A DNA stretch of 57,378 nucleotides, the filler included, from Basidiobolus ranarum (taxonomy: Eukaryota): NCBI GenBank assembly GCA_040143965.1. It is 2 parts of 2 records of this genome, joined end to end, with 100 filler letters (N's around TTAATTAATTAA, not from the genome) between each part and the next. Parts side by side here need not be neighbours in the genome. Positions count along the whole stretch, not along the records: positions 1 to 28,668 come from JASJQH010006987.1; 1 more part is not named here. One strand, given 5' to 3'. Positions within the stretch are counted from its first letter, which is position 1, and each line of letters starts with the position of its first letter. This document shows positions 11,686-21,759 of the stretch, in pieces. A program made the translations under genes and the position numbers. The notes below the pieces were generated by a model. It searched no databases, was not told the origin of the DNA, and worked only from the letters and a program-made list of their open reading frames with translations.

Positions 11686-14600
11686 ATGTCTTCCAAGCGA
11701 CGAAGTTTTTCAAAAAAACCTGAAGGGTAGGGTGCTTATTAACACATTTAACGTCATAATATGACGAAGTTCCATTTTCTGAATACTTACAAATATTCCA
11801 CTTTCGTGATTTTCTATTGACACAAAAGAAATTCACTTATTACCAATTTTTTCGGTAAAGCGAATGTAGAAACTAAAGAAAAGTAATTTCATTTTATAAT
11901 ACTTTGAAGAGAAGGTTGAACAATTCTAACTAGCTCGAATGTATTTCTCTTATATAGATCGAATTTACCACAAGTCCTTGTATCGAAAACCGAAACTAAC
12001 GACAGCGACAGTCTTAATCAGAGTAAGCACGAAGCGGAAACTATCTATATGATTGACAATATGGCTTACTCCAAAACTATAGAACAAACTCTAAATATAC
12101 ATAGAAAGCATATATCAAAACCTCACCTTAGCGACGACTCAGATTTGAGTGACAGTGAGGCAATTCCGGAGGTATGACTTTACTACGAAGCTGAAGTTGA
12201 TTTATTATATATCTTATAATATATATATATATATGCAGTTTTTAGATGACGAGGACGACGAGCTAGTGAGTCATGTACATCATGAACATAAGTATGAGCC
12301 GAGGTAGTACATCAGTGATCTCTTTTGGAAGTTTGAACTTGCTCGCAAGGCATCTATTCTAATGACAAGTTGATAATGATTTATCAACTTAATATAGTGT
12401 TCAAATTGAAATTCGCCGGCGCTCGTTACCAGAGAAAAATGAAGATAAAGAGAACCTTAATTCTAATCAGTTGGTGGATGAGGCTGAAGTGGAATTCAAG
12501 CCTTACCAATTTTCGTTGAATAGTTTACTAAGCGAAAAGGCTTCTCTCGATTCTTCTGGGTTCAGCTTGCAATCTCTGGACAAAATATTGAAAGAAAAGA
12601 GTGTAATTATTATATGATCAAATTATGGATCTTTGCCTACGGTTGGTGTATAGCCTTACTCATCCTTGAAGTTCTCAATAGTTGTTGGATAGTAATGAGG
12701 AAGACGTTACAATGTACGATACCACTGAGTTATCTACTCAAATTCTGCCAGAAGAAAAAGGAATGAGATTAGCGGAGGTAAGCTTTACACAGATGTTTTT
12801 TTATAAGGCGCTAGATGAAGTATTGCTTGTTTTAATATCATGGTCTTAATTGATTTGTTGTTGAAGATTTTGGCTAGCGATTTAAACGAATACCAAGACA
12901 TCAAATGCCTGTTCTTTGTAAATTGGCCTCAGGTATTTTTTTCTGTCAACTTGAGAGTATGCTTAATTGATAAATTGGTGATTAACTGACAAGAAACCTT
13001 CTACCAACCAGAGTTTACCAGTACCGAAGCTAAAGCTACCTCCATCTCATCCCTTCTTCCGCGTTGTCGGTCAATTTGCTAAAGGTAATATGTTATTTGT
13101 AAAAGAAGCTAAATGTGTATACTGACTCTATTGATTTAGATCCTGAATCGACACTCACTTTACTAAAGAGCGGTCTAATCCAGTTGTATTGTGATTCGGT
13201 AGAAACGTTACCACCTGATATTTATAAATGGTTGCGTAATATTGGTTCGGCAAAACTTTCTAAACTCTCCCAATGTAGCAATATAATAATAAGGTTGATT
13301 TTATGCTAGCCATGTACGACACAAATATGCATTGTGCAGATGCTGCGTCTACTACCTTGATGTATGCCTTGTCTGTGACGGTAAATGAAATTATTCTGGA
13401 TTCAAGATAGCCTTTTGTTAATCCCTTATTGCTCCAAACAGGATTTACATATACCTCTTGCCGACTTTATAGAATCTCTAAAGATATTTGGAGCGAATCC
13501 AGAGTTTCTTGATTACGGATTTAAATTCATCGATCATCTCTCTCCTGTTGGGTCTGCTATCGATGGAACAAATGCTTCAACTTTAGGTTTGCTTCAATTA
13601 TATCTGGAAAATGATTCTTCACCTTCTCATATCCATTTATCTTTTTTTAGAAGAGTCCAGTACACATCCACCATCCCTTCCGGTGTTCAATCTTCAACTT
13701 TCGATTCGTCTCATCGTTTATTCAATCAAGCGAGGGTATCTATTTAACTATACATGTCATTGTGAACATACACGAGACTAAATTGCTTTATGTTCAGAGC
13801 AAGGCATTACAAACCCGAGGAGATTCACCAATTCATCCGTTTGTTGATGATCCTCCTTTTAGATAACACATTAACCGAGCTATTTTACGATATAGAGATA
13901 AGCTTGAATGTTCTTTTAAGCGAGTTTTTCTCCGAAGAGGATTGGGCATTAGAGGTATAAATAGTTTAACCCAACTATCCATTGCTAGCTAAGACGATTC
14001 TTGTGAGATTACTCTGACGCTAGTTCATAAATTTAGTGTAGGAAAATTGTTGAGTATATAGCTAAGTGTTTCGAAGGCTCGCTACGACATCAAATCCGAT
14101 TGTTAGAGACATTATCCAAGTACTCTGCAAGGGGAAAGCAAATTCGTCGAGAGTTATCATTGAAGTTTCTACATTTGACGCTTGATACTGAGAATCCTCA
14201 TCAAATGGTTCTAGAGCGCCCAGGAAATAATATGTGGAGTGAAGTTGCTCAAATGATAATTGACAATCCAAGATTTGTCATTCATCAAGATACTAACTAT
14301 AGAGAATTATACCTCATCGTCATCTTATTGGATTTTATTTTCGATGACGAAGAAGAAATGGCTCAGTCCCCGGTAAGTTATTTCGCCTTTCTCCATATAG
14401 ATAATGTAGAATATACGAAGCACTAGTGTTAACAATCAAATGTTGTTTTGATTAGAAACCAGTTCAAATGATCTCGGCTTTCTTGAGAAAATTAAATGGA
14501 AAGATTGGTGAGTATCTACCTTTACCCTTCATCCCGATAAATGTTACTTCTCCTTTAGATATGCAATTCTAATATCATTCGAAAAATAGTTGATTCTAAA

Positions 14601-14821
14601 GCAGCCTTCCTGGATCGAACTAGAGTAAGTACTTTTACAAGTGTGCGGTAAATTCGTTGACACTAAAAGAATAGTATTTTTAGGTTAAAGATATCATTCA
14701 ACGTCTATCAGTTCGCTTGTTTTTTGCTGTCTCACAGGTCAGAGATACGAATTATCAACAGCCTAAGCTTGAATTCGCACCTTCATCTGGAGGATCCTCT
14801 CCTAACGATCACCATCCATAA
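11686..14821 (+). CDS. Multi-exon protein with SLF2/Nse6-like (CANIN) C-terminus; candidate SMC5/6 loader subunit
   Basis: A chain of short exons with GT-AG introns. Disordered N-terminus. The spliced C-terminus LRKLNGKIVDSKAAFLDRTRVKDIIQRL resembles the SLF2 motif [20 protein letters not shown]. Exon boundaries are only partly resolved. Confidence 0.6.
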
Positions 14822-15262
14822 CTTTACAACAGTCTGATAATCATTTTGGATAGTACTTGAAGAGCTACTGAAACTACATATAACATTTACGATCAGATAA
14901 TAAATTAGAATTGCATAAATACGAATTTTAGTGCATCGCAGAAACCCAAACCAATTGGTATGATTAAAACTGCTAATTATGCTGGTTATATTTCATCAAT
15001 AATCTGGAAGAATCGTAGACTGCTTAGATGATCAGGAGAGTAGTGACGTATCGATTCTTAATTTGGTAAGATAGAGCTAAAGCCTATAAATCCTGAATCT
15101 AATAGATACATTTGTTCTCAAGGAGACAAATCTCCCAAGTTTAGTATAGTAACTATACGAAGCTATTCCTCCGTCACGAACCTCCTTGAATACGTGTATT
15201 CTTTGCTAAGAGTTTTTCTTTATCTCTATTGCTTTTACTTTACTTGTTTCTAATGAATAAGA

Positions 15263-18094
15263 ATGTCGAGTAATTTTAACGCTTTCTTATCACCCGATTT
15301 TGTATTAAAAGACTGGATCAACCATTCACTTTCAAGCGAGACATCCAATCGTATCTTAAAATCGAAACTTTCCAATACGGACGATGTTTCTTCGGAATTT
15401 AGTGCGTTGAGTACTGAAAGTGAAGAACCAAAGGTAACTACTGAAAGTGAACCCCTGAGTACAACCCTGGAGAAGCAGGTTTTCATGTTTGTCACTAGGT
15501 TACAGTTACTCAGTCACGAGTTGAATAAACGGTTAGAAACTACCTGCGATAATGTCACCAAAACACTACCAAGAATTGTATATGACCTGGAAACTATAAA
15601 ACAGGAAGCGGTTGTAGCTAAAGGAACCATCGTCAGAATAAACCAAGATCTGGCTAATATTGTTGAGAAAGAAGAGAACGCTTTATATAGTTTGGTACAA
15701 CTTGAAAGGATCAAGTCTCGAATGGAAGCCTCTAAAAATGTTTTATGTGAAGCCGAGACCTGGAATAATCTTGGAGCTGAAGTTAGTTCCCTAATGGCCA
15801 AGAAAGCATACCTTGATGTTACCAGTCGGCTAGAAGAAGCTCAAAATAGTTTAGCTATGTTTCAAGACTCCGATGAATATGATGGGAGACTAACCTTGCT
15901 AGATAATTTAAAGACTCAACTAGAACATGCGTTACAACCTTTATTAAGCACGGCAATTGATGATAGAGAGGTCCAGGATTGTAAGAACCTCTACAATATT
16001 TTCAGTAGAATTCACAAAGAAGAGGTCTTCTTGAAGACTTATTTTCGCAGTCGCGAATCCGCCTTAATTGACCTGTGGAAAGAGTCTTTATCGGACCGAT
16101 TGAATGATGATAATATTACAACAGAAAACCATGTGGCAAAGATTTCTTCCTCAAATTTCAATGATTTTCTTTCAAAGTTTTTCGAGGAAGTGTTTATCAT
16201 GTTAAATCAGGAGAAAAGTTGGTGTGTGGAAATCTTCCCTAAACCAAGCTCAGTTATTTACGCTCTTATCTGTAATATCTTCAGTTCCTTGACACCTTCA
16301 TTGCCATCACAAATCAATATGTTGGCGGACCTGCAACCCATTACCGATTCTCTGCCTGAACTCATAAGGGCTTTTAAAGCTTCGGAGAAGTTTGGCACTA
16401 CTGTAGAACGTTTACTTGAGCAATTACGAGAGCAGAAGCAAACCGATTCAAAAATTGACTTGAGGCATTGGGGTGATTCCATCTTTGAAGGATTCTTGGC
16501 TCACCAGTGCAAGTACTCCGATTACGAAAGTGCTTATCTGGATACCACCCTTGACAAACTTCTGAAAATTGACCCAACTAAGGAAACAGGAGAGATGTTG
16601 GTACGTCACATGCTAGACATAGCATCCAAGTCTTTCAACGTTATCAATGCAGCTCTTTCGAGGTGTCTCTACTTTACTCATGGATTTGCCAGTGTTGGGA
16701 TGAACAAGTCGGTCTCGCAATATATTTGCAAGTTGATAAACAAGTTCAACACATACTGTGATCAGTTATCATTTATGTTTAACGATGAAAACCAAATCAC
16801 TCAACCTCAGATATCAGAAGAGGAAGGGATAGAAATCGATGAATATCAGGAAGTGAATTGGCCGCTGTTTCAACTTGGTTTAGAGTTAATCAATGTCTGT
16901 CAAAAAATATCGATTCAAATCGAAGAATATGAGAAGAATGTAAGAAAAATCATTTCATTTACTGAGAACATCCTAAATGAAGAATTCGAACTCGGAAAAG
17001 AAAACATCTATACCACTGTATTAGGTGGAGATAGTCCAACTGATTTCTCGATCCCCGTTCAAGACATCACAGTTGCCTCCTTGACATTATTAAAGGAGTC
17101 AACACTTAACAGTCTGGAATTGCGTAGTTTGTTGGTTAAAGTCAGAAGTAAACCATTCCGTCTGCTGGAGGAACCATACCTTGTATCGAAGAAATTCACT
17201 GGACATTGTCAAACATATTTATGTGATATTCTCTTCGCAACCATTAAGAGGCAGTTTATTGACTTCGAAAAGAATGCAGCTTGGGTCGCCAATGAGCCAC
17301 AGTACAATTCATCACGGCAATTACAAATCCCAAAATTCAGTCTTTCACCATCTACATATATCACCCGTATTGGTGAGTACTTGCTAACTTTACCTCAACA
17401 GCTGGAGACGTACACTGGACATGAATCATTCGGCTTTTCTTTGGATACTTTACCTTATAGTCAACCCATTACCAGCGAACATATACCACCTCCTTCGAGC
17501 AATACATCGTCGCCAAAGATGTCTCCCAATAAGCCTAACTCTCGTAATCATACTAACTCCACAGTTGGTGACCGATCTAGTCCACCAGGATTGAATCGCA
17601 CATGCTCGTTCTCTACAGTATCCTCCGATCACTCCAACCTCTCGAGCCACACTTTCACAACACGGCAGCGCCGTAGCTCCTCTGTCTCAGGAGCACACCC
17701 GCGACTTGTGCCAGCCAATTCTTCGGAACCAACCCATGAAACGAATCGACGTATTGAAATTACACATCGATGGATCACGTCAGTAGCACAAGTCACTCAG
17801 AGTAAACTATGTGAGTTGATTCTCAGATTGGAAAAAATTACGCCATTTGGAGTTAAACAAATAGCTACAGATATCGAATATTTCACCAACATATTGTTAG
17901 CTATCGACATCACTCCTGGGTTTAAATTAGTGGGAATCTTTAAAGCTTTGGAATGGTCACCCGAAACACTTGTATCATTAACAAAAGAAAAACAGGATTT
18001 GAAATCGGAAATTTCGGAGGAAGATAGAGAACTGCTTGATTACCCAGAAATTCGGGAGGTTCTTACTAAGGTTACGAAGATTCGTGGACTGTAG
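15263..18094 (+). CDS. COG7: Conserved oligomeric Golgi complex subunit 7
   Basis: N-terminal F....F..KDWIN, LCEAETWNNL, FSLSPSTYITRIGEYLLTLPQQLE and QIATDIEYFTNIL motifs. Confidence 0.9.
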   Translation: MSSNFNAFLSPDFVLKDWINHSLSSETSNRILKSKLSNTDDVSSEFSALSTESEEPKVTTESEPLSTTLEKQVFMFVTRLQLLSHELNKRLETTCDNVTKTLPRIVYDLETIKQEAVVAKGTIVRINQDLANIVEKEENALYSLVQLERIKSRMEASKNVLCEAETWNNLGAEVSSLMAKKAYLDVTSRLEEAQNSLAMFQDSDEYDGRLTLLDNLKTQLEHALQPLLSTAIDDREVQDCKNLYNIFSRIHKEEVFLKTYFRSRESALIDLWKESLSDRLNDDNITTENHVAKISSSNFNDFLSKFFEEVFIMLNQEKSWCVEIFPKPSSVIYALICNIFSSLTPSLPSQINMLADLQPITDSLPELIRAFKASEKFGTTVERLLEQLREQKQTDSKIDLRHWGDSIFEGFLAHQCKYSDYESAYLDTTLDKLLKIDPTKETGEMLVRHMLDIASKSFNVINAALSRCLYFTHGFASVGMNKSVSQYICKLINKFNTYCDQLSFMFNDENQITQPQISEEEGIEIDEYQEVNWPLFQLGLELINVCQKISIQIEEYEKNVRKIISFTENILNEEFELGKENIYTTVLGGDSPTDFSIPVQDITVASLTLLKESTLNSLELRSLLVKVRSKPFRLLEEPYLVSKKFTGHCQTYLCDILFATIKRQFIDFEKNAAWVANEPQYNSSRQLQIPKFSLSPSTYITRIGEYLLTLPQQLETYTGHESFGFSLDTLPYSQPITSEHIPPPSSNTSSPKMSPNKPNSRNHTNSTVGDRSSPPGLNRTCSFSTVSSDHSNLSSHTFTTRQRRSSSVSGAHPRLVPANSSEPTHETNRRIEITHRWITSVAQVTQSKLCELILRLEKITPFGVKQIATDIEYFTNILLAIDITPGFKLVGIFKALEWSPETLVSLTKEKQDLKSEISEEDRELLDYPEIREVLTKVTKIRGL

Positions 18095-18444
18095 ATTCAG
18101 CGAGTTAAATCTACCATTCATAGTATTATGCTATAAATTATAGCTCTTCATATCCTCCCTTCGTTGTTCTATGGAACACCAACTGAGATTTTTGGATGGT
18201 AAACTTTATTGCTCAACAATAATGTAAAAGGTTTCTCTGAACACTTCTTCACAATGAAATCTATATAAATAATCATGCTCTAAATGGCTACAAACATTGA
18301 AGAATGAAGTAAACCATCGTTTTCGTAAAGAAATTTCTCTCTGGATTGAACCACGCTTCTATCAAAGTAAAGCTTAAATACTGTAAACTAAATAGTCTCT
18401 AAAAGAATTAAGACATCTGTTGAATGATATACAAACATGTTACT

Positions 18445-18885
18445 TTAACTTTTGCTAACTCTACCCTTGAGAGAACGAAGAATATTTACGAGATTTTGTG
18501 AATTGAAGGGAGCACCTGATGGAAGGGTTCCTGAAGTCTTTAGTTCTTGTATAATTTGTTTGATTTTGTTCAAATTCTTGGGATCCTTAAGAATATCGCT
18601 TACGCTTTTAGTATCCAGTCCATTTGAGTTACCAACCCCAAGTATATCCAAAAGACCATCCACACCAGAACGAGTCGCACCCGTTATCCTACCTAAAATG
18701 GAGCTATAGTAACGCAACTCGCTTACTGTATCAGAGCTTTCAGATTCACTCAGTCCTCCTCTTTTCATGAACCTCATTCCTGTTACATCGCTTTCACCGT
18801 TGGATACATCGATTGGTGCAGGGGCAGAGAAGCCAATACCTACGAAAGAGCACACCATAAGGAGAGCGAAAGACTTGTACATCAT
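18445..18885 (-). CDS. Small secreted (pre-pro) protein of unknown function
   Basis: Hydrophobic signal peptide ending FSA-PAP, a dibasic KR site at about residue 42, single exon. Confidence 0.7.
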   Translation of the reverse strand: MMYKSFALLMVCSFVGIGFSAPAPIDVSNGESDVTGMRFMKRGGLSESESSDTVSELRYYSSILGRITGATRSGVDGLLDILGVGNSNGLDTKSVSDILKDPKNLNKIKQIIQELKTSGTLPSGAPFNSQNLVNILRSLKGRVSKS

Positions 18886-19254
18886 GTCTTTAACGTGTGA
18901 ATTTGCTGGAAAAGAGGAAGAGGCTGATAGTCATGTCCTGGAGGGATATTTCACTCATTTTATACTACAGAAGAACTGCACATATCTGCAAACCATAACC
19001 TCACTAAACACTACGTCCTGGTTTGATAAATGGTCTCACATATGAAACAACTTGGTCACTTGGTCGAAATAGATTTACTTGGTTAAAACTCTCCGACTTC
19101 GATGTAAGTTTAATTCATTCATGCTAGGGATTGAAAACTGCGTATTAAAAAAAGAATTTATAAAATTGAGCTCTTGATGCAAGTTTTGAAAACAAAGAAC
19201 TATTGGAACAAGTCCAAGTAATTTATTAATCAATAGGGTTCGAAATGAATCAAA

Positions 19255-19620
19255 TTAAGCATCAGCAATGGTAACTTCGACCTCTACTCCGGGTTCGATG
19301 GAGATGGAGGTGATTTGCTTAACGATCTCAGAAGGAGAGTGAAGATCGATGAGACGCTTGTGGATTCTCATTTCGAAACGATCCCAGGTCTTGGAACCCT
19401 CACCGTTAGGGGTCTTACGGGTGGTGATACGAAGGACCTTGGTGGGGAGACGGACAGGACCCTTGACACGGAGTTGCTTGTCCTTAGCACGAGAGACAAG
19501 GTCAGCGCAGACCTTTTCAAGATTCTTGACATTACGAGAAGTCAAAGTGATACGAATCTTGTGGATCTTTGCTTCGACTTGTTCTTCGAAACCGGGTTTT
19601 CCCTTAGCGACGTAAGCCAT
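19255..19620 (-). CDS. RPS20: 40S ribosomal protein S20 (uS10)
   Basis: [14 protein letters not shown]...KGPVRLPTK...[14 protein letters not shown]...HKRLIDL. Confidence 0.98.
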   Translation of the reverse strand: MAYVAKGKPGFEEQVEAKIHKIRITLTSRNVKNLEKVCADLVSRAKDKQLRVKGPVRLPTKVLRITTRKTPNGEGSKTWDRFEMRIHKRLIDLHSPSEIVKQITSISIEPGVEVEVTIADA

Positions 19621-20075
19621 GGTTGAGAATATACACTAAAATTAACAAATTAATTAAACACCACGGCGCAGCGGTGACTAGAGGATTTGTTGAAAGGAGA
19701 AAGAGGTCACCACACTCTAAACAGTTTATATTCGCACTCCAGGCTTTTTTTTTCAACATCTGGAGGGGGCTGTCCAATCATCTCTAGGTAGCATATTCTT
19801 GGAAATTGATCTAGAAGATTACGAATGAACTTATGAATTTACAAAATCATTCAAGATCATTCAGAATTACCCAAAATATAATGACTGTTGGTAGAAATTT
19901 TATGCATGGTGTTCATGAATTTCCCGTGTCACAGAGCTCAAGAAAAAAAGATCTAAGGAAAATAGTGGTGTCCTATTCGACAAGGGGATGGAAATCAAAT
20001 GAATTAAAATCTAGCGGATTTGTTGTTGGTCCATCCTTTCCGCTCTTCTTTACTCCGTCGAGCTAATTATTCAAG

Positions 20076-20591
20076 ATGGGTCGCATGCACACTCCTGGGT
20101 ATGTATTGAATCTATAATACGAATGGATGCATCCAACAACCACTAACTATTTGTACAGTAAGGGTATTGCTTCTTCAGCTCTCCCCTATCGTCGTACTCC
20201 TCCTTCCTGGGTCAAGTCCACCCCTGAGGAAGTTTGCGAACACATTTGCAAGCTCGCCAAGAAGGGTTTGACTCCTTCCCAGATCGGTGTTCTCCTCAGA
20301 GATTCTCACGGTATCCCCCAAGTCAGAAGCGTCACCGGTAACAAGGTTCTTCGTATCTTGAAGGGTAACGGTTTGGCCCCTGAGATTCCTGAAGATCTTT
20401 ACCACCTCATCAAGAAGGCCGTTGCCGTTCGTAAGCATTTGGAACGCAACAGAAAGGACTGTGACTCCAAGTACCGTTTGATTCTCATCGAATCCAGAAT
20501 TCACAGATTGGCCCGTTACTACAAAACCGCCGGTCAATTGGCCCCTAACTGGAAGTACGAATCTTCTACCGCTTCCGCTTTGGTCGCCTAA
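20076..20591 (+). CDS. RPS13: 40S ribosomal protein S13 (uS15), 2 exons
   Basis: [18 protein letters not shown]...[13 protein letters not shown]...[17 protein letters not shown]. Intron approx. 20099-20158. Confidence 0.98.
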
Positions 20592-20760
20592 GTCCTTTTC
20601 CTTATTTCATATTATTTGAAGAAATAAAAGTGTAAGGTATACATTTTTGCATTTCTTTTTGGTTAATTTGTATTTGGTTTTTACTGGTTGCATGGTGATT
20701 CTTTGAATTACGATGCTAGGGGAATGGGAACAGGTTTAGCACGGAGTATTTGTTCGTTTC

Positions 20761-20841
20761 GGAAATGATGACTACTTTTATTTCGAGATTAAATGCCACT
20801 ATGTGGATTTATGCTCTAGTTGTATTCACACTGTCTGATCC
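20761..20841 (+). ncRNA. Box C/D snoRNA copy 1 (guide for the LSU rRNA site equivalent to yeast Um2729; snR51/SNORD41-type)
   Basis: GGA/TCC terminal stem, C box ATGATGA, D box CTGA. The guide TTGTATTCACACTG is complementary to the recalled 25S sequence CAGUGUGAAUACAA. Confidence 0.85.
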
Positions 20842-20868
20842 ATTAATGAACAAACTCTTGCTTATTCC

Positions 20869-20937
20869 GTCTAATTAGCTCTATGGTAGAGCGTAAGATT
20901 TATCTTAAAGGTGTGGGTTCGATTCCCATGTTAGTCT
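20869..20937 (+). ncRNA. tRNA-like element 1 (tRNA-Lys-like body, 4-nt anticodon loop)
   Basis: GTCTAAT TA GCTC TATGGTA GAGC G TAAGA-TTTA-TCTTA AAGGT GTGGG TTCGATT CCCAT GTTAGTC. A and B boxes are present. Confidence 0.8.
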
Positions 20938-20966
20938 TTTGAGTGCAAGTATATTCACATTGTTTT

Positions 20967-21046
20967 GGATATGATGACTTTATTTCTTCGAGATTAAATG
21001 CCACTATGTGGGTTTATGCTCTAGTTGTATTCACACTGTCTGATCC
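20967..21046 (+). ncRNA. Box C/D snoRNA copy 2
   Basis: GGA..ATGATGA...TTGTATTCACACTGT-CTGA-TCC, with the same guide as copy 1. Confidence 0.85.
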
Positions 21047-21080
21047 TCTAATGAACATAGTATATATGCATGCATAATTC

Positions 21081-21151
21081 GTCTAACTAGCTCAAATTGG
21101 TAGAGCGTAAGATATATCTTAAAGGTGTGGGTTCAATTCCCATGTTAGTCT
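21081..21151 (+). ncRNA. tRNA-like element 2 (4-nt anticodon loop)
   Basis: GTCTAAC TA GCTC AAATTGGTA GAGC G TAAGA-TATA-TCTTA AAGGT GTGGG TTCAATT CCCAT GTTAGTC. Confidence 0.8.
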
Positions 21152-21181
21152 TTAAAGAGTTGATAAATTGCAATTAGTTCT

Positions 21182-21261
21182 GGATATGATGATTTTATTT
21201 CTTCGAAATTAAACGCCACTATGTGGGTTTATGATCTAGTTGTATTCACACTGTCTGATCC
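21182..21261 (+). ncRNA. Box C/D snoRNA copy 3
   Basis: Same boxes and same guide, with a C'-like ATGATCT. Confidence 0.85.
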
Positions 21262-21292
21262 AATCAATTTGCAATTTATCCATTCAAAATTC

Positions 21293-21364
21293 GCCTAACT
21301 AGCTTAAAATGGTAGAGCATAAAGATATATCTTAAGGATATGGGTTCGAATCCCATGTTAGTTC
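21293..21364 (+). ncRNA. tRNA-like element 3 (4-nt anticodon loop)
   Basis: GCCTAAC TA GCTT AAAATGGTA GAGC A TAAAGA-TATA-TCTTA AGGAT ATGGG TTCGAAT CCCAT GTTAGTT. Confidence 0.75.
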
Positions 21365-21759
21365 ATAATATGAATAGTGATGATATTTAACCATGTGAAT
21401 TATTCAATAAATTCAAAATTCATCTTAATTTGCGCTTGTAAAGTTGAAAGTAAAAGAGTGTTGTTTATTAACAAAAGCTGCACCTTGACACTGCTATTGA
21501 CCACAAAACAAACAGGTCTCTAATCCATTCATACTTAGATTCGTATACACGAGTGAGTAAAGTTATAAATTTTTGGCTGTTGCGAGGGGTTTATTGTGAA
21601 AACATGGGAAGGTATTAGGGAGCGAGCGGCATTGTTCAGTTATGGTGTTGTTTTTATAAGCGTGAAAAAAAAGAATGGTAACAGGAAGCATAATGGCAAG
21701 TGTGGTAAGAGAAAATTAGAGTAAAATCTTGATCTAGATTGGATTCTACAACATCTGTC

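Noticed and set aside
20761-21364. CRISPR-like interpretation of the triple repeat, or three functional tRNA genes
   Set aside because: The context is eukaryotic, there are no cas genes, and the units are about 210 bp with C/D boxes. The 4-nt anticodon loops exclude decoding tRNAs.
21371-21406. Possible fourth snoRNA (GTGATGA within a TGAATA/TATTCA stem)
   Set aside because: Too short, with no CTGA D box and no guide. At most a relic.
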